A stretch of DNA of 64,000 bases, taken from contig JAXGQG010000005.1 of NCBI GenBank assembly GCA_040766535.1, positions 12,129 to 76,128 on the forward strand. The letters run 5' to 3'. Source of the stretch: Dehalococcoidia bacterium. Its GTDB lineage: Bacteria; Chloroflexota; Dehalococcoidia; GIF9; AB-539-J10. This document shows, piece after piece, positions 27,826 to 36,540 of this stretch. The notes beneath the pieces are model-generated. The model had not been told where the DNA came from and did no database searches. It saw nothing but the letters and a program-made list of their open reading frames with translations. Made by a program: the position numbers and the translations under genes. Within the stretch, counting starts at the first letter, position 1; every line of letters begins with the position of its first letter.

Positions 27826-29427
27826 ATGCATCCGGAGGACAAGTACTTCCAGTCACTCACCCAGGCGGAACTCTGGCGGCGCTACTGCGGTTTTCTCGAC
27901 TTCAGCGTCCAGGAGTTCATGACTGTCCAGGAGCAGTTGCTGCTGGACCAGCTGGAGCGGGTATGGAACAGCCCGCTCGGACGGCAAATCATGGGCGGGA
28001 GAAGGCCCGCGTCCGCAGCCGAGTTCCGCTCGCAGGTGCCATTGACCACATACGACGACTATGAGCCCTACCTCAGCGAGCGGCGCGAGGACGTACTGGC
28101 GTGCACACCGGCGCTGTGGTGTCATTCGTCAGGGCGGATGGGGCGTTTCAAGTGGTTCCCGCACAGCGCTGAGTTCATGGAGCGTGTCAACAAGTCCTGC
28201 CTGTCGGCGCTGACCCTTGCCTGCACGAGGGAGAAGGGGAGAGTCAACTTCGGTCCGGGCTTCAGGTTCCTGCTGGTGTTGCCTCCAGCTCCGTACACAT
28301 CCGGCTGTCTCTTCGATACGTTCGCGCAGCACTTCACTTTTCGGGCCATGCCGCCGCAGGACGGTGGTGAGGGCCTTCCCTTCCAGCAACGTGTCGCCGC
28401 CGGCTTTCAGATGGCGTTGCGAGATGGTGTCGACGTGATCGGCGCGATCGCCAGTGTCCTGGTGAAGATGGGTGAGCAATTCGAGGAACAGACCCGTTCG
28501 ATGAAGCTGTCGCCTTCGATGCTGCATCCGGCCATCGTCTCCCGGCTCGTGCGGGCGCGCCTGCGGGCGTGGCGTGAGGGTCGACCGATGCTGCCGCGCG
28601 ACCTGTGGCCCTCCCGGGCGATAGCCACCGGCGGAGTCGATACCGCCATCTACAAAGCAGCGATCGAGCGGTACTGGGGCAGTGAGCCATACGAGTTCTA
28701 CACCTGCGCCGAGGGCTTCCTGGTGGCGATACAGGGATGGAACAAGAAGGGGCTCTACTTCCTTCCGGACATCGCCTACTACGAGTTCATTCCGGAGGAG
28801 GAGGTCCGCAAATGGCAGGACGACTCATCCTACCAGCCGGCCACGGTGCTCTATGACCAGTTGGAGGAGGGTAGACTATACGAGGTGGTCATCACACAGC
28901 TTTACGGCATGCCGCTGCTGCGCTACCGCATGAAGGACCTCATACGCATCACCGGCTTGTCCGATCCTGAGACGGGCGTGCGCCTGCCGCAAATGCAGTT
29001 CCAGCGGCGGGTGGGAGAGACGATAGATCTGGCCGCGCTGGCGCGGATAGACGAACGGACGTTGTGGCAGGCTCTGGCCGAGTCGGGACTGCGCGTGGTG
29101 GACTGGTGTGCACTGAAGGAGTATGACGGTGCTCAAACGTACCTCAGGCTGTTCGCCGAACTGAAGGACGACGGGTCGCCGGAGACAGTGGCGGCGCTGG
29201 TTGACGAGCAGCTGAAGCGAATCGATGTCGACTACCGGGACATCGAGTCGTATCTCGGCCTTCAGCCGATACGGGTGACGCTGCTGCGGAAGGGCACGTT
29301 CGCGCGCTACGCCGACCGGCAACGAGAGGCCGGCGCAGACCTTGCCCATCTGAAACCACCACACATCAACCCCTCTCAAGAGGTGGTAGAGCAGCTGCTG
29401 GCCCAGGCAGCCTCCACCGCGGATTGA
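27826..29427 (+). CDS. GH3-family (acyl acid amido synthetase-like) protein
   Basis: ATG at 27826 follows AGAAGGGGGG, 1 nt after the methyltransferase stop. Features: F...VPLTTYDDY.PY, an SSG nucleotide loop (CHSSGRMGRFKWFP), and length and architecture typical of bacterial GH3 proteins. Confidence 0.8.
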   Translation: MHPEDKYFQSLTQAELWRRYCGFLDFSVQEFMTVQEQLLLDQLERVWNSPLGRQIMGGRRPASAAEFRSQVPLTTYDDYEPYLSERREDVLACTPALWCHSSGRMGRFKWFPHSAEFMERVNKSCLSALTLACTREKGRVNFGPGFRFLLVLPPAPYTSGCLFDTFAQHFTFRAMPPQDGGEGLPFQQRVAAGFQMALRDGVDVIGAIASVLVKMGEQFEEQTRSMKLSPSMLHPAIVSRLVRARLRAWREGRPMLPRDLWPSRAIATGGVDTAIYKAAIERYWGSEPYEFYTCAEGFLVAIQGWNKKGLYFLPDIAYYEFIPEEEVRKWQDDSSYQPATVLYDQLEEGRLYEVVITQLYGMPLLRYRMKDLIRITGLSDPETGVRLPQMQFQRRVGETIDLAALARIDERTLWQALAESGLRVVDWCALKEYDGAQTYLRLFAELKDDGSPETVAALVDEQLKRIDVDYRDIESYLGLQPIRVTLLRKGTFARYADRQREAGADLAHLKPPHINPSQEVVEQLLAQAASTAD

Positions 29428-29431
29428 CGCC

Positions 29432-31825
29432 ATGATACCGAGCCAACTGGACTACGCACTCCCCCCACTGATTGTAGTCATGGTGGGTATCGCTCTGATC
29501 GTAGTCGTCTTCTCCTGGGCTCCCGCCACAAAGAGCCGCTCGCTCTTCGTGGGCGTACTCGCGGGTCTCATCATCTGGGGACTGGCCGTGCTCGGCATGC
29601 GCCTGAGCCGTGATCCGGACAACGCCCTCGCGTGGAATCAGTGGACGCCGGTCGCCATCTACGTCATGTTCCTGTTCTTCTACCTCTTCTCCCGCGAGTA
29701 CACGCGCGTACGCGGATTGCGTGGTTTCCTCGTCGCCTGCTGGGCCATCCTCTTGTTCGCCATCATCGGCGCGCCATTGGGACTCTTCGTGGAGAGCCTC
29801 CGCGTCGAAAGCTACGGCTATGCCCCGGTTCCGGGTGCCCTCGCCATGCCGCTGGGCGTCGCCGGCCTCACCGTCTTCCTTGCGGCTGTGGTAACACTCA
29901 TCCGCCGTTACCGCATAAGCCGGTCAGACGACGAACGAAGCCGGCTGTTGTATCTCGTGCTCGGTGCCTCCTTCTCGCTCGTCGGGGCGCTGCTCGACAT
30001 CGCCTCGAACCTGCCGCCCGTCGGCATCTGGGCGAACCTTGTGTTCTGTGTCGTGTGCAGCGTCGCGCTACTGGAATACCAGCTGCTCGATATCCCACAG
30101 GTGGCGCGCCGGGTGCTGACCTATCTACTGGTGGGCATCACTGTTGCCGTTCCCTACGTACTCAGCCTTCTCCTGCTCCAAAGAGTCTTCAATACGCGAC
30201 TGGAGGGGCCCTCGGGCTACCTCGTCATCGTGCTCCTCCTGGCGATCCTGCTGCGCCCGCTGTACATAGCGGCACAAGAGATGGTCGACCGCCTCTTCTA
30301 CCGCAACCGGTATGATGCGCTGCGCGCACTGGAACAATTCGGCCGCGATGCGCAACACGCTGTGGACCTCGATGCGCTTGCCTGCCGGGTCACCAGCCTG
30401 GTAACCGAGGCTCTGCACGCCTCACGAACCTGTCTGTTCCTGCCGGCGGAGAACACCGATTCGCTGGTGCTCATTTCGTGTGACGGTCTGGCGCCCCTGC
30501 CGCAGGGGGGCTCCTTCTCCCAACGCAGCGCGCTGGTGTGCTGGATGGCCGAGCACCCCGAGATACTGGCTCACCGTATGCTCGACGTCGAGCCACAGCT
30601 TCAGAGCCTCTCCAAGAGGGACCGGTCGCTGCTCGACTCGCTCGAGGCCGATATGCTCGTCCCGGTGACCTCACCATCGGGTCAACTCTCGGGACTGCTG
30701 ATACTGGGTCGCAAGCGGTCCCGGGCGCACTACTCACAGGAAGACCGCCGCCTGCTCGAGGCGCTCGGACGCCAGATGGCAGTGTCGCTGGACAATGCAC
30801 GCCTCTACAGGGATGCGGTCAGGGCGCGCCACGACCTCGAACGATGGCTGGACGGGATGGACGACGGCGTCATCATCGTGGGTCACGACCACACGATACA
30901 CTTCCTGAACCGTGCCGCTCGGGTGAATCTGCGCGTGTCGGCCGGCGACCCGTGCTGGGCGGTGCTTGGGACCGGGCAGGCATGCACCCGTTGCCTGCTT
31001 GCGGCCGCGTGGACCGGCGCCGAACGCAACGTGCGGTTGTCACGGCGGATGAGAGGGCGGGACTACGAAATCGTCGCGGCCCAACTCACCGATCAGGATG
31101 GCGAGACGTCTCTCATCAGCGTGCTGCGCGATGTGACCGAGAGAAACCGCTTCGAGGACGAGCTGCGCCAATCGCGCGAGCAACTGCGTGAGCTCGCCCT
31201 GCATCAGGAATCGGTCCGGGAGGATGAGCGCGCGGGGATCGCCCGGGAGCTGCACGATGAGCTGGGTCAACTGCTCACCGCGATTAAGATGGACCTCTCC
31301 TGGCTATCGCAACATATCGGCGCACTGCCCCCCGAAGAGGCGGCCAGGCGCATCTCCAACGTGATCACGCTGACGGACACGTCGGTGAAGACGGTGCAGA
31401 GCGTGTCGTCGCGACTCCGCCCCGGCATACTGGACGACCTCGGCCTCGTGGCCGCGCTGGAATGGCTCGCGCGCGATTTCCAGCAGCGCAGCGGGATACA
31501 CTGCTCCACCGAGGTGGACAGCTCCATCGACATCGTCGGGCACAAGGCTACCGTGCTCTTTCGCATCTGCCAGGAATCGTTGACCAATGTGGCCAGGCAC
31601 TCCGGCGCCAGCGAGGCGACCGTCAAGCTCTCCCGCCGGAACGCCGAGGTAGTGCTTGCGGTCCAGGACAACGGCCGCGGCATCACGGCGGAGGAAATGG
31701 AGAGCCCTCGTTCATACGGTGTCATGGGAATGCGAGAGCGCGCAATGGCCCTCGGGGGCGCCGTCAGCATCAACGGCGCGCCGGATAGGGGCACCGTGGT
31801 CGAAGCGACGCTGCCAGATGCCTGA
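29432..31825 (+). CDS. multi-pass membrane sensor histidine kinase (GAF-PAS-HisKA_3-HATPase_c)
   Basis: About 8-9 N-terminal hydrophobic segments and central GAF/PAS-like regions. H-box ERAGIARELHDELGQLLTAI (NarX/DegS type), and an ATPase N/G boxes region (QESLTNVARHS, DNGRGI, GMRERA). Starts 5 nt after the GH3 stop. Confidence 0.85.
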   Translation: MIPSQLDYALPPLIVVMVGIALIVVVFSWAPATKSRSLFVGVLAGLIIWGLAVLGMRLSRDPDNALAWNQWTPVAIYVMFLFFYLFSREYTRVRGLRGFLVACWAILLFAIIGAPLGLFVESLRVESYGYAPVPGALAMPLGVAGLTVFLAAVVTLIRRYRISRSDDERSRLLYLVLGASFSLVGALLDIASNLPPVGIWANLVFCVVCSVALLEYQLLDIPQVARRVLTYLLVGITVAVPYVLSLLLLQRVFNTRLEGPSGYLVIVLLLAILLRPLYIAAQEMVDRLFYRNRYDALRALEQFGRDAQHAVDLDALACRVTSLVTEALHASRTCLFLPAENTDSLVLISCDGLAPLPQGGSFSQRSALVCWMAEHPEILAHRMLDVEPQLQSLSKRDRSLLDSLEADMLVPVTSPSGQLSGLLILGRKRSRAHYSQEDRRLLEALGRQMAVSLDNARLYRDAVRARHDLERWLDGMDDGVIIVGHDHTIHFLNRAARVNLRVSAGDPCWAVLGTGQACTRCLLAAAWTGAERNVRLSRRMRGRDYEIVAAQLTDQDGETSLISVLRDVTERNRFEDELRQSREQLRELALHQESVREDERAGIARELHDELGQLLTAIKMDLSWLSQHIGALPPEEAARRISNVITLTDTSVKTVQSVSSRLRPGILDDLGLVAALEWLARDFQQRSGIHCSTEVDSSIDIVGHKATVLFRICQESLTNVARHSGASEATVKLSRRNAEVVLAVQDNGRGITAEEMESPRSYGVMGMRERAMALGGAVSINGAPDRGTVVEATLPDA

Positions 31826-31837
31826 GGCGAACCTGTT

Positions 31838-31867
31838 TTGCCGATACGCAGAATCAGGGACTATAAT
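31838..31867 (+). promoter_or_regulatory. promoter candidate for first DUF401 gene
   Basis: TTGCCG, 18-nt spacer, TATAAT. Confidence 0.4.
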
Positions 31868-31902
31868 TCGGACTCTGTCATGCGTACAGAGGCAGCACAG
31901 AA

Positions 31903-33114
31903 TTGAGTCCCGCCATCGCCCTGTTCATATCGCTTGCGCTGGTCCTGCTCCTGCTCAGGCTGAAGGTGCCGCCCGGGCCGACCATCTTCACCGGCAGCGT
32001 GCTGCTGTCGCTGCTCACCCTGCCTCCCGCAGAGACGCCGCGGCTGATGCTCCGTGCGATCACGGACATACAGACACTGCGCCTGCTGGCCATCGTCATC
32101 TGCGCGCTGACCATGAGCCGTCTCATGGAACAACGCGGAATGCTGACACGATTGGCGGACGCGCTCGAGGGCATCGGACCGAGGCTGGCTATCCACATCG
32201 CTCCCGCGGCGATCGGCCTCATGCCGCTGCCGGGCGGCGCCGTCGTCTCCGCCGCCGCCGTCAAGGACCTGGTGAGACGCCTGGGACTCAATCCTGAACA
32301 GGCGACCTTCATCAACTTCTGGTTCCGGCACCTGTGCGAGTTCGCCACTCCGGTCTATCCCGGCATCATCATGGCCGGCGTCTTCCTGGCAGTACCGCTC
32401 TCGTTCGTGCTGCTGCACCTGGCTCCGATCTGGATACTCATGCTGGCATTCGGCTCCATCGTAAGCATGCGCATACTGCGTTCCACCACATCCAGCGGAC
32501 GGCGCTCGTCCGCGACCTCATCCTCCCACATCTTCATTGAGATACTCCGCTCGGCATGGCCGGTGATGCTCGTCTTTGTGTTGGTGGTAGCGGGGCTGGA
32601 CGCGGCGCCGGCGTTCGTCATCACCATCGCCGCCCTCATCCTGCAACAGCGCATGACCCGCAAGGAAGTGGAGAGCGGCCTGCGCTACGGCTTCGAGCCG
32701 AAGCTCCTGTTCCTGCTCTACTCGGTGATGCTGTACAAGAACGTGGTGGATAACTCCGGAGCCGCTCAGTCGCTGTTCACCGAGATGCAGTCGATGGGCA
32801 TGCCGACGTTCGTTATCCTCACGGCGTTGCCCATACTCATCGGCGCATCGACCGGCCTCTCTTCGGCCATGGTCGGCATATCGATACCGTTGCTCATGCC
32901 GTTCATCATGACTTCTGAGGGCGTGAACGGAGCCGCGTTCCTGCTGGCGTATGGAGCCGGAGGCCTGGGCTACATGCTCTCTCCGCTGCACCTGTGCCTG
33001 GTCCTCTCGGCAGAGTACTTCAAGGCGCGCCTCTCCGCCACGTATCGTTACCTCCTGCCTCCGGCAGTGGCGATACTGGTCTGCCTGATAGTGCTCAACA
33101 TCGTGGTGTCATAG
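31903..33114 (+). CDS. DUF401-family integral membrane protein (paralog 1)
   Basis: TTG start. Has GLMPLPGGAVVSAAAVK and INFWFRHLCE motifs and about 10-12 TM segments. Clear paralog of 33339..34541. Confidence 0.75.
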   Translation: MSPAIALFISLALVLLLLRLKVPPGPTIFTGSVLLSLLTLPPAETPRLMLRAITDIQTLRLLAIVICALTMSRLMEQRGMLTRLADALEGIGPRLAIHIAPAAIGLMPLPGGAVVSAAAVKDLVRRLGLNPEQATFINFWFRHLCEFATPVYPGIIMAGVFLAVPLSFVLLHLAPIWILMLAFGSIVSMRILRSTTSSGRRSSATSSSHIFIEILRSAWPVMLVFVLVVAGLDAAPAFVITIAALILQQRMTRKEVESGLRYGFEPKLLFLLYSVMLYKNVVDNSGAAQSLFTEMQSMGMPTFVILTALPILIGASTGLSSAMVGISIPLLMPFIMTSEGVNGAAFLLAYGAGGLGYMLSPLHLCLVLSAEYFKARLSATYRYLLPPAVAILVCLIVLNIVVS

Positions 33115-33143
33115 CACGGGAGATCCTGCCGACTCGGGCAGCG

Positions 33144-33161
33144 CCCCGGCCGCTGCCGGGG
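33144..33161 (+). terminator. GC-rich terminator-like hairpin after paralog 1
   Basis: CCCCGGC-CGCT-GCCGGGG, a perfect 7-bp stem. The downstream sequence has no strong U tract. Confidence 0.35.
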
Positions 33162-33195
33162 TCTGACACGGTGTTACCGGCCACCGTCATCCGCT

Positions 33196-33224
33196 TTGCC
33201 GCTGAGAGGGGAATCGACTATAAT
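33196..33224 (+). promoter_or_regulatory. promoter candidate for second DUF401 gene
   Basis: TTGCCG, 17-nt spacer, TATAAT. The -35 and -10 hexamers are the same as upstream of paralog 1. Confidence 0.4.
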
Positions 33225-33338
33225 CGCACGGCCACCTGTCAGGAATCGAGACATGCTGCCGCACAGCAGTCGGTTTCACGATGGCCACGGCGACAGGCAC
33301 TGCCTGTCCAGACAGATGATGGAGGCTGATCGGCAACC
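33225..33338 (+). promoter_or_regulatory. long structured 5' leader of DUF401 paralog 2
   Basis: About 108 nt lie between the predicted TSS and the GTG start. The leader contains CCTGTC (33235), GACAGG (33292), CCTGTC (33303) and GACAG (33311), which can form mutually exclusive helices. Confidence 0.3.
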
Positions 33339-34541
33339 GTGAGTCCGTCAATCGCTCTGCTGCTATCCATAGCAGTCATCCTCGTGCTGCTACGGCTGAA
33401 ACTCGCCCCGGGGATCGCCGTCCTGGCAGGATGTCTCACGCTGTCGTTGCTGGTCCTGCCACCCTCCCGGACACCCACCCTCATGCTCCAGACCATCACC
33501 AGCATCGCCACGCTTCGGCTGATCGGCATCATCTTCTGCTCGCTGGCGCTGAGCAAAGTGATGGAGATGAAGGGACTGCTGCTCCGGCTGTCCCATACGC
33601 TTGAGGCGATCGGTCCCAAGGCTGCGCTGCATCTGGTGCCGGCGATCATCGGACTGGTCCCGATGCCGGGCGGCGCCCTCGTTTCGGCCACCGCCGTCAA
33701 GGGCCTCGTCGGCCGCCTCGGGCTGTCGCCGGCGCAGGCGACCTACATCAACTTCTGGTTCAGACACCTCTGGGAAGCCTCTATTCCAGTCTATCCGGCA
33801 GTCGTGGCGGCGAGCGTCATCGTCGCGCTTCCGCTGCAGGAAGTGGTGACCACCATGCTGCCTTCGATCCTGCTGATCGCCGCCGCAGGCTCGGTGGTCA
33901 GCTGGAGGATACTGAGAACGGTGAACTGCGAACGCGCCCAGAGCCTGACCGGGCGCGCCTTCATGGCCCAACTCATCAAAGCGGCATGGCCGGTGATCCT
34001 GCTCGTCGCGCTGGTCATCGGAGGGCTGGAGGCCTTCTTCGCGTTCCTGCTGGTGCTGGTACTGGTGTGTGTGCAACAGCGCGCCTCCCGAGAGGATATC
34101 CGCAAGGTGGTGAAGTACGCGCTGGGACCTCGCATCATGGTCCTGCTGTACGCCGTCATGCTCTACAAGGCGATCGTGGAGGCGTCCGGAGCTGCGTACG
34201 CGCTCTTTGATGACATGACCGCGATGGGCGTACCTCCCGCCGCGATGCTGGTGGCGCTACCCATGCTCATCGGCTTCGCCACGGGGCTGTCGGTGGCCTT
34301 CGTCGGCATCTCGTTTCCGCTGCTCCTGCCGTTCATGGGCGACGGGGCAGCCTTCAGCCACGCGGCCCTGTTCCTCGCCTACATCAGCGGCATGGTGGGC
34401 TACAAAGCATCGCCGCTGCATCTGTGCCTCGTGCTCACTGTGGAGTACTTCCAGTCCCGCCTTGGAGATGTGTACCGGTTCATCATCCCACCCCTCATCG
34501 GCGTCGTCGTGACTGCGGTGGCCGTGTACGTGTTCTTCTGA
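33339..34541 (+). CDS. DUF401-family integral membrane protein (paralog 2)
   Basis: GTG start at the position homologous to the paralog 1 start (MSPSIALL vs MSPAIALF). Has GLVPMPGGALVSATAVK and INFWFRHLWE. Confidence 0.75.
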   Translation: MSPSIALLLSIAVILVLLRLKLAPGIAVLAGCLTLSLLVLPPSRTPTLMLQTITSIATLRLIGIIFCSLALSKVMEMKGLLLRLSHTLEAIGPKAALHLVPAIIGLVPMPGGALVSATAVKGLVGRLGLSPAQATYINFWFRHLWEASIPVYPAVVAASVIVALPLQEVVTTMLPSILLIAAAGSVVSWRILRTVNCERAQSLTGRAFMAQLIKAAWPVILLVALVIGGLEAFFAFLLVLVLVCVQQRASREDIRKVVKYALGPRIMVLLYAVMLYKAIVEASGAAYALFDDMTAMGVPPAAMLVALPMLIGFATGLSVAFVGISFPLLLPFMGDGAAFSHAALFLAYISGMVGYKASPLHLCLVLTVEYFQSRLGDVYRFIIPPLIGVVVTAVAVYVFF

Positions 34542-34676
34542 TGCCGCAAGGCTCTCACGCCGTCCGCCGTTTGCAGCCGAGCTGGGAACACCGACCCCAT
34601 CGCGGGGAGGGCATGTCAACGAGTCGAGTCGCTTCTCAACGCGTGAAGGCAGTGACGCAGGCTTCGAGCCTCCCGG

Positions 34677-35855
34677 CTACGCTCTGCGCACGGCCGGGTG
34701 CAGAGCCGCCAGCGCCAGCACGAGCGTGATGATGCCACACTGCCGAAAGACCACATCGAGGCTCCAGCTCTCCGCAATCAGGCCTGAGATCAGCGGTCCG
34801 GCCAGCATACCGATCGAGTAGACGGCCTGGTAGATGCCCATAGCGGTCGCCCTGGCGCCGGGCGGCGCGGAACGTATGGCGAGAGCCATCAGCAGCGTGC
34901 TGAGACTGCCCCGGCCGAACCCATTGGCCATCTGCACGAACGCGAGTTGCGCCGGGGTCTGTGTCACCGGAACGAGAAAGAGCGCGCAACTCATCACGAG
35001 GGCCCCCAGCACGAGTGCGGCGGAATAGCCGACGCGCTCCGCCAGGCGGACCGAGAAATACGCGGCGACGGCGGCCGCCCCGAGCGCCGCCATCGTGATG
35101 ATGCCCAGTTGGCTGCTGCTGGCGCCGATCGAGGCGCCATACACGGGCACGAATCCGAACACGCTCGCGAAGCTCGCGAACTGCAGCAATATGGACATGC
35201 CCGCCCCGGCAATCAGCAGCGGCCTCAACGCAACTCGTTTGAATTGCACCGCGCCGGACTCGAGACGAGTCTCCCCCCTTGGCTCCCGCGCGGGAGCCAG
35301 CGCGGCGATGCCCAGCAACGCCAGCAGCGCGGCGCCGTAGAACGTGGCCCCGTAGCCCAGCGCATCCGCTATCAAGCCCCCGGATCCGGTCGCCGCCACC
35401 AGCGCCACCTGGTTCACGGAGTTGATGGTCCCGATGGACCTGGCTGCTCCCGCCCGCGACGAGTAACTTGCGAAGAACACAGAGAACGCCACCCAGCCGG
35501 CGGCAGCAACGCCCGTGGCGCCACGAGCCAGGGAGAGCAGCCAGACATCGTCGGCGCCTCCGAGGCCGAGCGCACCCACCACGCACATCGCCAGGCTGGC
35601 CACCACCAACGGCTTGCGCCGAGTCACCGCATCGAATCGCAAGCCCAGCGGTATCCGCAACAGCAGCTGCGGCACGGCATACGACGAGATGACCACACCG
35701 ACCAGCGTGAGGCTGCCGACCACAGACTCGGCATAGACCGGCAGAATAGGAACATAGAGATAGAGCGAAGCCCAGTAGAAGAAGGTGGCTACGAGGAACA
35801 GGGTCCTGTCACGGCGGTCGCTCCCGGTGTGCCCGTCTCCTGTGTCTGCCGCCAT
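34677..35855 (-). CDS. MFS transporter
   Basis: 12-TM profile with an MFS loop motif (LRIPLGLRFDAVTRRKP). Confidence 0.8.
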   Translation of the reverse strand: MAADTGDGHTGSDRRDRTLFLVATFFYWASLYLYVPILPVYAESVVGSLTLVGVVISSYAVPQLLLRIPLGLRFDAVTRRKPLVVASLAMCVVGALGLGGADDVWLLSLARGATGVAAAGWVAFSVFFASYSSRAGAARSIGTINSVNQVALVAATGSGGLIADALGYGATFYGAALLALLGIAALAPAREPRGETRLESGAVQFKRVALRPLLIAGAGMSILLQFASFASVFGFVPVYGASIGASSSQLGIITMAALGAAAVAAYFSVRLAERVGYSAALVLGALVMSCALFLVPVTQTPAQLAFVQMANGFGRGSLSTLLMALAIRSAPPGARATAMGIYQAVYSIGMLAGPLISGLIAESWSLDVVFRQCGIITLVLALAALHPAVRRA

Positions 35856-35962
35856 GAGGCAGCTATTCTACCATCGCCCGCGGCATCACTGGTTGCCTCT
35901 CCGCTTCAATCCATCTATAGTCTAGTCCTCGATCACGCACTCTCGACCAAGGAGGCAACCAG

Positions 35963-36529
35963 ATGGCGGAACACGTACCCACACGGGAGGAGGCCCTTGC
36001 CCTTCTCAAGGAATACAACAAGACCGACAGCCTGCTGAAGCATGCGTACGCGGTTGAAGGCGTCATGCGCTACATGGCTCGGAAGCACGGTGAAGAGGAA
36101 CAGAAGTGGGCTATCGTTGGCCTGATACACGACCTCGACTACGAGCGCTTCCCCCAGGAGCACTGCAAGAAGACTCGGGAGATACTGCAGGAACGGGGTT
36201 GGCCGGAGGAGTACATACAGGCGGCCGTCTCGCACGGCTGGGGCCTGTGCGTTGACGAAGAGCCCGTCACACTGATGGCGAAGACGCTGTATGCGATGGA
36301 GGAACTCACCGGCCTCATCACGGCGGCGGCGCTCGTGCGTCCGTCCAGGAGCGTGTCCGACATGGAAGCCAAGTCGGTCATGAAGAAATGGAAGGACAAG
36401 TCGTTCGCAGCCGGCGTGAACCGCCCCGTCATCGAGAAGGGTGCGGAGATGCTGGGCGTGGAGCTGCGCGACCTCGTCGAAGACGCCATCATGGGCATGC
36501 GCGAGGTCCGGGAGCAGATAGGCCTGTAG
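35963..36529 (+). CDS. HD-domain phosphohydrolase (HDIG-like)
   Basis: LLKHAYAVEGVMR ... GLIHDLDYE (H...HD...D pattern), 188 aa. Confidence 0.8.
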   Translation: MAEHVPTREEALALLKEYNKTDSLLKHAYAVEGVMRYMARKHGEEEQKWAIVGLIHDLDYERFPQEHCKKTREILQERGWPEEYIQAAVSHGWGLCVDEEPVTLMAKTLYAMEELTGLITAAALVRPSRSVSDMEAKSVMKKWKDKSFAAGVNRPVIEKGAEMLGVELRDLVEDAIMGMREVREQIGL

Positions 36530-36540
36530 CGCCCCTCTCC

